Shown here: in pieces, positions 1-11,749 of the stretch
Layout of the letters: each line of letters begins with the position of its first letter
How positions within the stretch are numbered: position 1 is the stretch's first letter
NCBI RefSeq assembly: GCF_016433145.1
Contig: NC_058132.1
Coordinates: 270,797,373 to 270,861,372, forward strand
Length of the DNA stretch: 64,000 nt
DNA from: Gracilinanus agilis
Taxonomy: Eukaryota
Direction of reading: 5' to 3'
The notes under the pieces: model-generated
Database searches by the model: none
The model's input: the letters and a program-made list of their open reading frames with translations, nothing else
Told to the model about the DNA's origin: nothing
Translations under genes and position numbers: made by a program

Positions 1-1619
1 TTTTTATCCCTGTTAATCATGAGAGTATTTTAAAACAGTATAATTTTGGTAATAAAGTAATAACAATAAATATAATTAATTGAAAGCTCTAAAAAGACAA
101 GGATTTCAATGTTATATACATTTTCCAATCAGTCAAAGCACTCAACATAGTCCATTCATTGCACATTGTCAGTGTTTAGTAAATGAATATGTAACTAACA
201 TTTCATCTCTCTTCTCTCCTTTTCACTCCCCTCTAATGTGATTATTCTCCAAATTATTTGGTTTTCTTTAGGCAATTGATTAGTTAAATTGTAATAACAA
301 ATATTTTCTAGAACCAGATGCTATAAGTATATTTTCAAGCAGACCTACTATATAATTTTTTGTATGGTTTCTGATTTTTTCATTCTTTTTATAACTTTTT
401 TCCTTTATATGTATTTTAGATCATATATTACTAATATTGCTTTAGGCTAAAAGGTACATGTTAACAGGAATCATGTCTTTTCAGAACTCTATGTCTCTTC
501 TAGACCTAGTACATTGTGCTTTAAATAGCACTAAATGATTGAGTGAAAAAGCATTTATTAAGCACTTTCTATGTACTAAACAGTACTAAGAATTAAATTT
601 TAAATGGAAACAATGAAGAGGGGTGGCAGTCAGGGAGAAATATTTTGTTTTGTAAAGTTACAAGATGGCTAGTAGAATCTTAAGGAATTGACATGGCTAA
701 TTGATTGTGATTATAGAATTGGAAAATGAGGAAGAGGAAGAAATGACAAGTAGGAGTCCTCAGTTGCAAGGCATTGGATGAAGAGATGGTCTAATAAATA
801 CATTAATCTTCACTGTTACTATCATAATTTTCTATCCAATGCCAATCATTTTCTAGAAAAAAACAATTTCAGAATATGATTTTTAGTTCTACCAAAACCC
901 AAAACTTCATATTTGAGGCCACCCAGATGTGGACTATATTTCTCAGCTTTCATTTTATAAGTTTTACAATATTTAGATAAAATATTAGGATTAATACCTA
1001 GCCATCTCCTTCTGTGCAGTTATCAAATTTTTCTAGTTACTTAGATTTATATAGCAGTTCAAAGAATTTTAAAATGTTATATGAAAGTTGTTCCCTCTTC
1101 CTGCACTATTACTGACACTTTGGTCACCTCAAACTTAGTAGAAATGATCTCTTTCTTCCCTCTTTATTCCTGCTACCACCTTTGTTAGCTCTGCAACTTT
1201 TTTCTATACCATATGTTTTCTCATTTCCTAAATATTTATTCATACTTTGATTATCTTCTGCCTTGACATATACCATTGATTTTTCTAGTCTATGTTTCTC
1301 TTTCTTTTTCTTTACTTTAGTTCAGAGGTTTTAACTAACATTCACTCATACAAAACTTTGTCTTATTTCTCAATTATCTCCATTTTCTCCCTATAGATTG
1401 TCAAAACACTTTTAAACTTCTTACCTTCAGTGGCTATGTACAGATATGTCCATATAGAATAACTTAATTTCTTTCTCTATCATCTTTCCTACTTACATCA
1501 TTGAAGGATTTCTCTATATTGCTATCCACCCCACCAATACACCCTGAAGACTTTTGAGTCTTTCTTACCTGCACAGAAACTGAACTTAAAAAGTTAATAA
1601 GCTTTTATTTTCTCTATCT

Positions 1620-1980
1620 TCCTACCTCCTTCCCCTACCACTGGAAAGAAAAAAGAAAAAGAAAAAAATTATAATAAATATGCATAATCAAGCAAAAAAT
1701 TCCCACATCGAGGGTCCAAAGTACATTTTGGTACATTTCATTCTGCATTATGGGTTAATCAACTCTTTGTCAGGAGGTAGATAGAATTTTTTCATTATTT
1801 ATCCTCTTGGATTAAGATTGTCAATACATCTATCCCAGTCTTTAAGTCTTTCAAAATTGTCTTTACAATGAACTTTCTGTTATATGTTGTATCCTTTGAT
1901 TACAAGGTGAGTTCTCTGAGAGCTGGGCTTATCTTTTACTATTTGCATCTGCAGCACTTAGCATAATGATCAATAAATAC
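1620..1980. mobile_element. Decayed old LINE remnants (L1 3' region, then an L2-like 3' tail)
   Basis: Resembles marsupial L1 3' UTR in minus orientation, followed by an L2-type tail (gagttctctgagagctggg...cttagcataatgatcaataaatac). Recognised by eye; boundaries approximate. Confidence 0.4.
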
Positions 1981-2445
1981 TTTTTTCTTTCTTACTCATT
2001 TCTTGCTTCTCTTTTCCTTTTTCCTTTTGTTCCTTCCCCAACTCTTTTCTTTCCTTCCTTCTAGGTTTCCTTCCCCTCCCTTTCTCTCTCCTTTCTTTTC
2101 TTTTCTCTTCCTTCCTTCTCTCCTCCCTTCCTTTTTTCCCTACTTGCCTCCTTCCTTCCTTTCTCTAGTTTCCTTCTTTCTTGCTTTCTTTTTCTTTTTC
2201 TTCCTTCCTTTTTTCTTTCCTTCCCCTTCCTTCCTTTTCACCTTCTCTTCCTCCATCCTTCCCTCTCCCATTTCTTTGCCCATTACTTTCCTCTCTCTCT
2301 CTTCCCTTTCCTCCACCTCTTCCTTCTTTCTTTCCTTCCTCATTCCCTCCCTCCCTTCCTCTCTTCTTTCCTCTCTTCCTTCCTTCCTTTAACTCTTCAT
2401 CCTTTAACTTCCTTTTTTTAATTCTTAAATCTTTGTGTTTTCTTT
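1978..2445 (+). repeat. ~470-bp polypyrimidine (CT-rich, TTCC/TTTC-like) low-complexity tract
   Basis: The plus strand is almost entirely C/T. It explains the spurious F/S/L/P-rich and K/R/E-rich ORFs at 2003-2447. Confidence 0.95.
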
Positions 2446-3608
2446 AATACTATTTTATCTGCTTAAAATAGTCTCTCATTTCTCATGAAATGAGCTATTT
2501 CCCAACATTTTTCATGTCTTCTTGAAACACACTTATTTATTTTAGGATCTCCATAGGGTGGAAAAAAATAACTGATTAAAGACTGGTCTACATCAGAGAT
2601 TTTATTCCCTGTTGTCACTCCTTTCCCCCTGGGGTGAGCTACCCATGGTCTCCCTGCATATGCAGCTCTCTGTCTTTCTAATTTAGAGTGCAAACTGACT
2701 GAGTAGAGACTCAAACAATATTAAATAAGTTTCCAGTTAAAAGATAAACAACCTGCTAAGCACTGGAATCCTCTGAGGCCATTTCTTCCACCACTCAGAA
2801 AATGTTCACCTCTTGTTTATTCAGAAACAAAGTGGCATCCTTGGGAGGAAGAAAAACATATGTGTGCCCTCGAGAGTGAACTCTCTGCTTGGCAGAAGAA
2901 AGCAACAAAAAGCTAGTCTTATCAGTTTTCATTCTTGCTCTAACAAACACAAATGCCTTTTGATGCCAAAGGAAAAGAGGATTTTAATCTGAAGAGAATG
3001 AAGTTCTCCAGTCTAGGAAAATAAGTCATATAAGGGCATTATCTCTAGAGTCTTTCTGCCCCTTTTAGAGTCTTCGGATTCCTTAACTTTGCTATTGCTT
3101 TTTGGAACTCCATCAAGAGGATGGGAGGAATGTGGGGCGAGTGGAAGTGTGAGAGAACCCATCATAACTAAGACTCTAGGTCCTGAATGATACCCACCTC
3201 CCCCACTTTTAAGAAGAATGACTTACATTTACATAATAACTATATAGTTTATATGAGACACATCATGGTACAATGAATACAACTAGCATCAGCTAGAAAG
3301 ACCTGGGTTCAGGTACTTTCTCTCTCAATATTAGCTGTTTGATCTTGGATCAGTCACTTCTCAGTTCTCCCAGGTAACTCTCTAAGACTGTAATTTACAG
3401 TTTTGCATTGAAGGAGCATACGCACTGGAAGATCTTTATACCAATGATACCGTGGTTTTGATCACTACTAAACAACCAAAGGAAAATTTCAAAGCATTTT
3501 ATATACTTAATTTCATTGCTTTCCAAAGACCTTTGTAGCTCTGGATTCTATCACTATTCTATCAGAGGGAGGTCTCTTGCCTTGTGTGTTTGTCAAGAAA
3601 AAGAAGAA

Positions 3609-4429
3609 CAGTTATCCCTTCCACATAACTGGGGGTGATGGGATAGGATAGAGCCATGGTATACCCAAGATCTGGAAAAACCATGAAAAATTTTTTGTTT
3701 CTCCTTTCCTAAAAGAGAAATCTAATTTGTTTCTTTTTCTTTTATGGGGTGTTTGCAGTATCTTATGTTAAAGTTTGAGTTAAGTATTTAGTTATAGGCT
3801 ATCTGTAAGTTGATATTATGTAAACAAAATTAAATAATGTGAAATAAATATGAACATTTTATTTTTTTCCTTTTTTTTTAAACCCTTAACTTCTGTGTAT
3901 TGGCTCCTAGGTGGAAGAGTGGTAAGGGTGGGCAATGGGGGTCAAGTGACTTGCCCAGGGTCACACAGCTGGGAAGTGTCTGAGGCCGAAATATGAACAT
4001 TTTAAAAATGAATTAAATTTGAGAATAATGCCAAACATACTGCATTTATAACAAAAGACATTAAAAATAACAGTATATACCTTTTATGCATTTATGTTAC
4101 TAAACTTTTAAAGACATCTCTATATTTCCTAGCCTTTTGGTGTTGTCCGTTGATCTTCACATTCTTTTCATAAACTTTTTACTTATTTCAACTTTAAAGA
4201 AGAAATTGTGCATATTTATGGCATCAAATTATAAAATATATTGATATTATATAATACTCTACCCATATTTTATGCATTTCTGAGTATCTAAACTTTTTCT
4301 ATGTTGTCTGTTGGTCATATGTCATTTGTGGCTTCCACAAAACTTCCCTCAAATTTCCATTTTTTTTATATTGGTCCACAATATAGCAGAACCATACTGG
4401 GGAAAGTTGAGATATGGAAAGGATACCTG
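3609..4429. mobile_element. Non-autonomous Tc1/mariner (Tigger/MarsTigger-like) DNA transposon, interrupted by a SINE
   Basis: Left TIR CAGTTATCCCTTCCACAT at 3609 matches the reverse complement of the right end (CAGGTATCCTTTCCATAT, ends 4429) at 15/18. It has internal imperfect direct repeats (ttttatgcattt...taaacttttt). The TA TSD is not preserved. Confidence 0.65.
3861..3988 (-). mobile_element. SINE1_Mdo-type SINE, 5'-truncated, young
   Basis: Typical body (aaacccttaacttctgtgtattggctcc...gtgacttgcccagggtcacacagctgggaagtgtctgaggcc) flanked by a perfect 15-bp TSD AAATATGAACATTTT (3846-3860 / 3989-4003). Confidence 0.9.
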
Positions 4430-4699
4430 CATTTATCTTGGTTATGAAAGCAAAGAGTAGATCAATGGTTTATCAGTGATTAGTGTGACTCAAACTATAG
4501 TTTAGAGATTCCCCCAGAAGGTGAAAAGTAAATGACTGAATGAAAAATTATTTTTGAAGTGATTTTTGTATGTAAAGCTGGTGATAGGGGAAAAAAGTAA
4601 CACAGACTTTAATCTCAAAGAGCTCATTTTAAAGTAAGAATAGATAATACATATCAGACGAGAGAGCATAAAGTCTACATAATTTTAACTCATAGTTAT

Positions 4700-4910
4700 A
4701 GTCACAGTGCGGAGTAGCAAAAAAGGTTGGAATTGAAATCAGGAAACCTAGGTTCAAATCCTGGTCCTTTCACTTATCAGTCATGTAAATTGGATCATTC
4801 ACCTACTTGTTCAGAGCCTTAGCTCCTCATAGGTAAGAGGGATTAACAGTATTTGTCCTACTTGTTTCTCAACATGGTTGTGAGGGAAGTTTTCTATAAA
4901 GCTTAAATAA
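4700..4910 (+). mobile_element. MIR/CORE-SINE
   Basis: tRNA-derived head (ggaattgaaatcaggaaacctaggttcaaatcctgg) followed by CORE-like sequence. Confidence 0.65.
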
Positions 4911-5309
4911 CACTTAAATAGGAATTACAGCCCAAATTTGATCTTCTAAGTCCCTACTATCCAACATGCGGAAAATCTTAAATGCCTTTTCTTTTCCTTC
5001 AAATAATAATAACTTATATTTAAATTGTATTTTATGGTTAGAAGGCTTTTGCATACTATTCATTTATGAATTATGCCAAAGATTCTTAAAAGACTACTGT
5101 ATGCAGAATACCACACTATGTGTTTGAGGAGAAACAAAATTTCCATCAGATATAGTTCCTGTATCTCATGTGGCTTGAAGCATCTTTGGGGTACAAAATG
5201 CCAGAAGAATTATTGTATACTTTGATGGATCTGTGCTCTCTTCAGTATGCCTTCTTTTTCTACTATTCCATATCACAAAACCTCTGTTATTTTTCCATAC
5301 ACTTATTAT

Positions 5310-5470
5310 AAGCAGTCAAGTTGACAAGCATTTATTAAGCCCTTTCTGTGTTCTAGAGACCCTCATAAGTGCTGGGAATACAAATACAAGTAGAGAAGAA
5401 GATAGTCCCTGCCTTCAAGCAGTTTACAAACTAATGGCAGAAGCAACATATAAAAGAAAGCTGGAAAGGA
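5310..5470 (-). mobile_element. L2 LINE 3' end
   Basis: acaagcatttattaagc...gtgctgggaataca...gtccctgccttcaag is the reverse complement of the L2 3' tail. Confidence 0.65.
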
Positions 5471-6189
5471 GAGGCAGGGAGGTCTGGAAAGCCAAGTTTG
5501 GAGTCCAGAGAGAAATAATGCATAGTTGACCTTAATATGGACATTTGGAGAGGAACCAATCCATCAGACAAAGATGTCGCAGAAAATGGGTGTACTTCCA
5601 TTGTGAGATGTTTGGGGTGCATTGAACTTCCAGGATAAACAGGTCATTGGGTCAGGGTGAATTTTCAGGGTGAGGAAGCTGTTATGGCATTATAGAGAAA
5701 GTCTGAAGAGTCAGGAAGTGAGCCCAGAGAGGAACAAAGATAGAAATGTGTACAATTCATAACTTTTTAAAATAAATCCTCCATAAAAGCTTTACTTCAT
5801 AGACTGGAGGCTTTCATCTAGCTTTTAATACTTCAGAGGTGACAATGCAGTACTCAAGCTCATTGTCATTTATTGTTCTTCAGAACTGGTCCACTTCCTT
5901 TTCTTTCCTTATATGCCATTCTTCTTTTATGCCACGCTTGGGGCCAATCATTGGCAATATGCTGAAGCCTATTTATTATCTAACATGTGTCTAGCTCTTG
6001 CTCTGAATCACTGAAATTTTCTTTCTTCTCAGATCATGATGTCTCACAAATATATATCATTACTAGAAGGTTATTACCATTAAAATGATGGTCTTTTTAT
6101 TTTTTTAAGCAAGAAGCTTTGTGAAAAGTGTGTTCATTTTTCCTAAAGTAATTCAGTCCTATCCATCATCTTGTTTATTTTTTATTTCA

Positions 6190-6480
6190 AGATATACATA
6201 GAGATGGACTAATTAAATTGGATGTGTTATAATGAGCAACATGAACTTTTATCCACTTCATTTTTCAAGTAGGGATACATTTTTGTTTTTAAGAATGGCT
6301 TTGGATTACATTGAAGAGATATTTTAGTAGTCTAGGATTTAGTGCAATCAGTACAGGATCATTTGGAGAACCTTACCACCACCAGATGATCCTTTTATCT
6401 GGGCTCTGCTCAGTACATCTTCCATGATAACGATGACTATTTTGTTAGCATATACCTCCCATTTTATACCTTACAGCCTC
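6190..6480 (-). mobile_element. Ancient RTE-clade LINE, reverse-transcriptase fragment (RTE0_Mars-like)
   Basis: Minus-strand translation gives KIVIVIMEDVLSRAQIKG...GGKVLQMILY...IALNPRLLKYLFNVIQSHS...KMKWIK, collinear with the RTE RT region (PKVFATVMED...GEVLQMLLFADDIVLIASSP..L..LL.EI...KTKWMK). The ADD motif is deleted. Confidence 0.6.
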
Positions 6481-7059
6481 CTATCAGGTCCATTCTTTAA
6501 ACTTTTCCTGCTTGGTAGAATTTGCCAGACTCTTTGAGAATTCAGGATCACCACTTCTCCAATCATCAGAACAGGGACACTTATGGAAGATCTAAACTAT
6601 CCATTCTGAAAATCTATATTCCAGGCTAAAGCTTCTAACCTCCTTACTTAATAAGCCTTTTTTTTTAAGTTGACACTAGTTCCCCAATTAGTGAATGAAG
6701 ATTAAGCAAAGAATCTTAAGTGGAGTCTTTATAACAAATACCTTTCCTACTACTGACATAAATTTTCATATTCTGAGCTTTCTTTTGAAGCTTCAGAGGG
6801 CAAATATCATTTAAAGAACATGAGTTGGAAGTAGAAGGAGCAGCCACCTTAGATTCAAAATCACTTTGATTAACATTCAACATTTACTTAAAGACTGAGA
6901 GTCCTAGTACTCAGCTAATCAATAAATCCTCTGAATATTTTGTCCTAGTCCCATTGTCATCAGTTCTTTTTAAATGTTTGTGTTAATCTGCTGGCCATTA
7001 TTGAATGATGGGTTAAAAGTTAACTGGAAAACCAGAAGTCTGCTTACAGATTTTCCAAA

Positions 7060-7300
7060 GATATAAATGAATGAATAAATATTTATTAAGCACTTACTGT
7101 GTACTAGGTACTGTGCTAGGAATGTAAAAAGAGGCAAAAGACAGTGTCTGCTTTCAAGGAGCTCACAATCTAATGAAATAAGTGAATGAGAAAAGCATTT
7201 ATTAAACACTATATACTAGGTACTGTGTTAAGCCCATGGGATACAAATACCAAGGTCAGGAAAGTTTCTTGCCCTCAAAGGATCTTTTGTTCTAATAGTG
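7060..7300 (-). mobile_element. Two tandem L2 3' tails
   Basis: atttattaagcacttactgtgtactaggtactgtgctag and atttattaaacactatatactaggtactgtgttaag lie ~120 bp apart. Confidence 0.6.
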
Positions 7301-7574
7301 AAAGATGAAATATATGGGAATAATAGTCAAGAATAGGAGTGACCCAGGACTTATGGAGATTATGAATTATCAATGTGTATTCCCTTTCTAACATGTCTTT
7401 TCTATTTTTTTTTATATGGCCAAAGTTGATAGCTGACTGGGAAGCATGGTCTGGTTTGATGATCCAGTGGTCTTGATCAGGTCAGTTAGCTATATGTAGT
7501 AAATTAGTTGAATTAGTGAATAACTCACTGATCAAATTGGCCAAGATTGGAGTCCTTTGTTATTTTGTCATTTC

Positions 7575-7705
7575 CTTCTCTAGTGGGTTAAGGCAAACAG
7601 AAGTTAAGTGACTTGCCCAGGGTCATGTAGCTAGTCAGGATTTAAATTCAGGTCTCCCTGTCTCTAGATGTAGAACTCTATCCACTGAGTCACCTGGCTG
7701 CTTCC
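7575..7705 (-). mobile_element. Mar1/MIR-type SINE fragment
   Basis: gttaagtgacttgcccagggtcatgtagctag...tctatccactgagtcacctggctgc. Confidence 0.7.
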
Positions 7706-8236
7706 AACTACAATCCTCAACTGTGTATAAAATCTGTACTCCCCTTTTTAATAATGTATGATCTGGAGAGGCTAACCCTCATGAAGGATGTTAATTTGGT
7801 GCTGGCAAGATGGCCAGGGTTGATGTTGTATGGAAAGCTATTATAGGTCAGGATAATAATATAAGTGAGGCATCTTAAGATAATTCCTACATTCTCATAA
7901 TATTAGCTGAGACTGTTTTTTAACCCTTAGTTTACTTTTGAATCAATACTGTATATTGGTTCTAAGGAAAAAGATTAGTTTTTCCTTGTTTTTATTCTCT
8001 GGACTTAATTTAACCATCTTGAGAACTACTTTTACTTGGAGGCTATCAGTGTATGTTTTTTAGGAAAAAGTACCATTTATTTGAACTCTCAGTGGTTGAG
8101 CGATCCATTATACTGGGCCTTGAATCACAACCAAGACAAAAGCTTATATCATGCTTCAATTTACTGTCTCCTAATTTTTCCCTCTCTCTTCCCTTCCTTC
8201 TTTCAGAATGATTTAAGACTGACCTCCCCCCTAATA

Positions 8237-8239
<3 letters not shown>

Positions 8240-8281
<42 letters not shown>
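8240..8281. repeat. (AC)n microsatellite, ~21 units
   Basis: Directly visible. Confidence 0.99.
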
Positions 8282-8283
<2 letters not shown>

Positions 8284-8394
8284 AATGAGTTATTGGAATG
8301 ACAGAATTGAAAGTTTGTAAAACTTCATTTTGAACATGAGCAAGCTTCTACAATTAATCAACATTCATTAAGTACCTAGTAAGTGCCAGATCTT

Positions 8395-8590
8395 CCTGAG
8401 TTCAAATCTAGCCTCAGATACTTTCTAGCTGCATAGCCCTGGGCAAGTCACCCTATTTGCCTCAGTTTCCTCAGCTGTAAAATGAGCTGGAGAAGGAAAT
8501 GGCAAACCACTCTAGTATCTCTGCCAAGAAAACCGCAACAGGGGTCAGGAAGAGTTGGACATGAGTCAACAACATGTGCCAAGCACTATG
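8395..8590 (+). mobile_element. Mar1-type SINE
   Basis: gagttcaaatctagcctcagatact...ctcagtttcc...gtaaaatgagctggagaaggaaatggcaaaccactctagtatctctgccaagaaaacc. Confidence 0.8.
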
Positions 8591-10674
8591 CTAAACACTC
8601 CCTCAGTTCCTCAGGAAATAGGATTAAATTTAGTATAGCAGGAAAGAGCATTGATTCTGAAGACAGATGGCTTGGCTTTACTTCCTACCTCTGCCACTGA
8701 CTGTCTCTGTGATTTTGGTCATGTCTCTTAACTTCTCTGTGCCTCAGTTTCTTCCTCTGTAAATGAAAGTGATTAGATGAGATGACCTAGAGGACCATGG
8801 TCCTCTGAAGTGGTCAGTTATTTTCTGAAAGTTCTCATATCCAAACTGGATTCATGGTGGTAAAGGACAAAACAGAGAAAGAAGCATGAGAAATGAAACT
8901 GCAGACAATTTCTTACATAATCAAGTAAGTTTAAGAAATTTCATTTGAGGATAGGACCAAGATCTGAATTCTAGAAGAAAAATAAGAGCTGAAGACCTTT
9001 TTCATCAGAGAGAAAATGAAGAGAAAGAGTACAACTGCTTTTGGTCAGATATGATTACAGACCCTATCAGTTTGCCAAAACTTAATCTGATTCTGATAAA
9101 TCCAAATCTGTAGAGTCCCTTTAAATCCAAACAAAGTTTTAACTAGATACATAAGGATAGGATCTTAGAATTAGAACTTAAAAGGATTTTGGAGGTCATC
9201 TAGACCAACCCCTTTATTTTACAGATAAGGATACTGAGACTGAAAAAAGGTAAAGAGAGAGTTTATGTTCATTTCCCATTATAGGAAAATCCTTATTATT
9301 TTGACATTTTGCTCAAAGATAATGAAAAGAAACATTTGTTTTTCCCTTGGTATTTGGGTAGTAGGTTTATAATGGACCAAGACTGAGTCAAGTTGAATTT
9401 TCTTGAAACTTGACAAAAATAGCTTTTATTTAAACTCACTATCATAAGTACACTATAGTTGGAGTAAAACTTTGCCATATTAGAAGCTCTTCTCTGTTCA
9501 AGTTAGTTGGTTTCTGTGGGAGGTTGTTGCCTTGAGGTACTTTTATAATGTAACTCTATGTTAATAAATAAGCTGTTTTATGACACAAAATCTAAACAAA
9601 TTCTAATCATCTGAGTGTAAAGCCCAGAACATGACATTAATTAATAAATATGGATCAATGTTTAAAACCTAATGTTCTTTTAAGAAAGATCACCTAGTTA
9701 GCACTCATGTATTTAACACATATATGCTTCAATATATTTGATTGGGACATTAATAAAACCTTATTGCTTATATTAGCATCTACTTGTATAAAACAATTAA
9801 TAGGCAAGAAGAAATCAGGCACAATACATTAATCATAGATACAAAAGCAGAATAATCTAAGGAATTTTGTGAGGATAATCACTTTTGATAAAAATAGGAG
9901 AATCAAATGTAATATTATTCTCTTAAATTAGTCTATGTATACATAAAAGGAGGGGAAATGCTTCAAGACCAAAGAAAATGGGGAGAGGGAAAAATGAAAA
10001 TAAAGGACTTCGGCACAGTCAACTGTGTTGCAGAAGCCAACTCGATGAAGCTTTATGTGCTAGTAAAAGATTCATGCCTTCATTATAATGATCTATAGTG
10101 TATTTAAGCAACTGGTCATGTCTAAAAAGTGTTTGTTTATTTTCAAAGAACGTGCATATTTACCATTTTAGCAGTCTTTGTAGATTGATCACAGATCATT
10201 GTAGATCATACAAGGGTAAAACAAACAGCAGCATTGTCTCCAAGATGACTTGGAGTTGAAAAATGAGGTTTGGTCCCCTAGCAGCCTGTGTTTTTGTTTT
10301 GTAAAACTAAACCAAACCAAGTTGAAGTGGTATCTCTCTTGTTTTCCCCCTTGTCAATGAAAGGAGGATAATCCCTGGTTGATTCCATTAGTTCCCCAAT
10401 CAGAGAGAGATATCTCCTCCTACACTTGCTGATTGACTCTACTAAAATTCAAATATTTTTGCTTAAGTATGGAATTTTTTGAATTTCAGTTTCTTAGACA
10501 TTACATCTATAATTCAGGGTCATTTGACTATTTGGAAGCACAAAGAGGAGGGTTTGAGTGCTGATTTCTTCATTGTGGAACACAGGACAGGTCATTTACT
10601 CTGAACCTCAGTTATTTTTTGTTTGTTTTTGTTTTTTGTTTTTTGTTTTTTGGTATAGAAAATGAGGTTGCAGA

Positions 10675-10830
10675 GGCAGCTGGATGGTACAGTGGATAGA
10701 GTGCTGGGTCTGGAGCCATGAAAACTCTTCTGTAAGTCAAATCTGCCCTCCTACACTTACTAGCTGTGCGGCCCTAGGCAAATAGCTTAATGCTATTTAC
10801 CTCAGTTTCCTCCTCTGTAGAATGAGCTGG
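10675..10830 (+). mobile_element. Mar1-type SINE (5' part)
   Basis: gcagctggatggtacagtggatagagtgctgg head through ctcagtttcctcctctgtagaatgagctgg. Confidence 0.75.
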
Positions 10831-11069
10831 ATTCATAATTCCTTTGACTTTCCAAATTAAAACACTCCTCTTGGGTCACTAATTCTATATACACCTTGCC
10901 CCCTCCCCTTTAGAATGTAAACTCTTAGAGGATAGGGATTATCTTGTTTTTACATCTGTATCCCCTGATTTGGAATAGTGCAAAGGAATTGGGATGGAAA
11001 CATGCCATTTCACTGATCTAGGCAATGCCCTGCTCAGGAAACTAGAGACCAGTTTGGAAAAAGTCACCT

Positions 11070-11400
11070 AGAAGAGGCTGAACCAGATTAAAATGTAATT
11101 GAGAAATATTTAACAACATAAATCAGAATAGATCAAAACACAAAAATATTACATTTTATTTTATTTTATTTTTAAACCCTTAACTTCTGTGTATTGGCTC
11201 CTTGGTGGAAGAGTGGTAAGAGTGGGCAATGGGGGTCAAGTGACTTGCCCAGAGTCACACAGCTGGGAAGTGTCTGAGGCCAGATTTGAACCTAGGATCT
11301 TCCCAAAAACATTACATTTTAAAACTATGTCAATATGTGACCCTCAAGGATCCTTATTATACAGATTAGTCACCCCTGTTGCAATTTGAATTTGATATTT
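11070..11400. mobile_element. Old non-autonomous DNA-transposon remnant (hAT-like), interrupted by a SINE
   Basis: Shares gaggctg...ttaaaat.taatt.ggaaat.tttaa...aagtcaa.at...accctca.g.atc with a second copy at ~33600-33765. Confidence 0.5.
11158..11305 (-). mobile_element. SINE1_Mdo-type SINE, 5'-truncated, young
   Basis: Nearly identical to 3861-3988. TSD AAAATATTACATTTT (11143-11157) / AAAACATTACATTTT (11306-11320), 14/15. Confidence 0.9.
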
Positions 11401-11642
11401 GATGTCACTAATCTAGAACACTGAAAATATCCAAACGAAGTTTAAGCGGTTTGTCCAGGAGAATAGAGTCAGTATTTGTTAGAAGCGGGCCTGGAATCCA
11501 GGGCTTCTTGGTTCTGAGGCCATCTCTATCCACTATGTCACATGCTTAATCAATGAATTTTCATTCATTCATTCATTCATGTATTCATTTCTGTTAACTT
11601 CTGCCAGAAATGAAGTCTGAAGGGTTTTTCTTATTTTCTTAC

Positions 11643-11749
11643 CATGGTGGTCAAAATTCTTGAATGATAGGAAATGCTTAAATTTTGCATTGAGTGACTA
11701 AAAGATAGCCATGCTGTAGAGGCAAAGAGCAATGTCCAGGATTCACTGA
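11643..11749 (-). other. Candidate 107-nt spliced exon ending in a Kozak-context ATG (unverified)
   Basis: Minus strand reads ctctctgttttcttcag|TCAGTG...TTTTGACCACCATG|gtaaga. Both splice sites are strong, in repeat-free sequence. No homology recognised. Confidence 0.3.

Noticed and set aside
2003-2447. 129-aa, 67-aa and 88-aa ORFs
   Set aside because: They are translations of the polypyrimidine tract: low complexity, with no start context or homology.
8036-8320. ORFs with HT/CV repeats (also the ER/LS ORFs at 42126-42455 and KEGR at 24029-24250)
   Set aside because: They are microsatellite translations.
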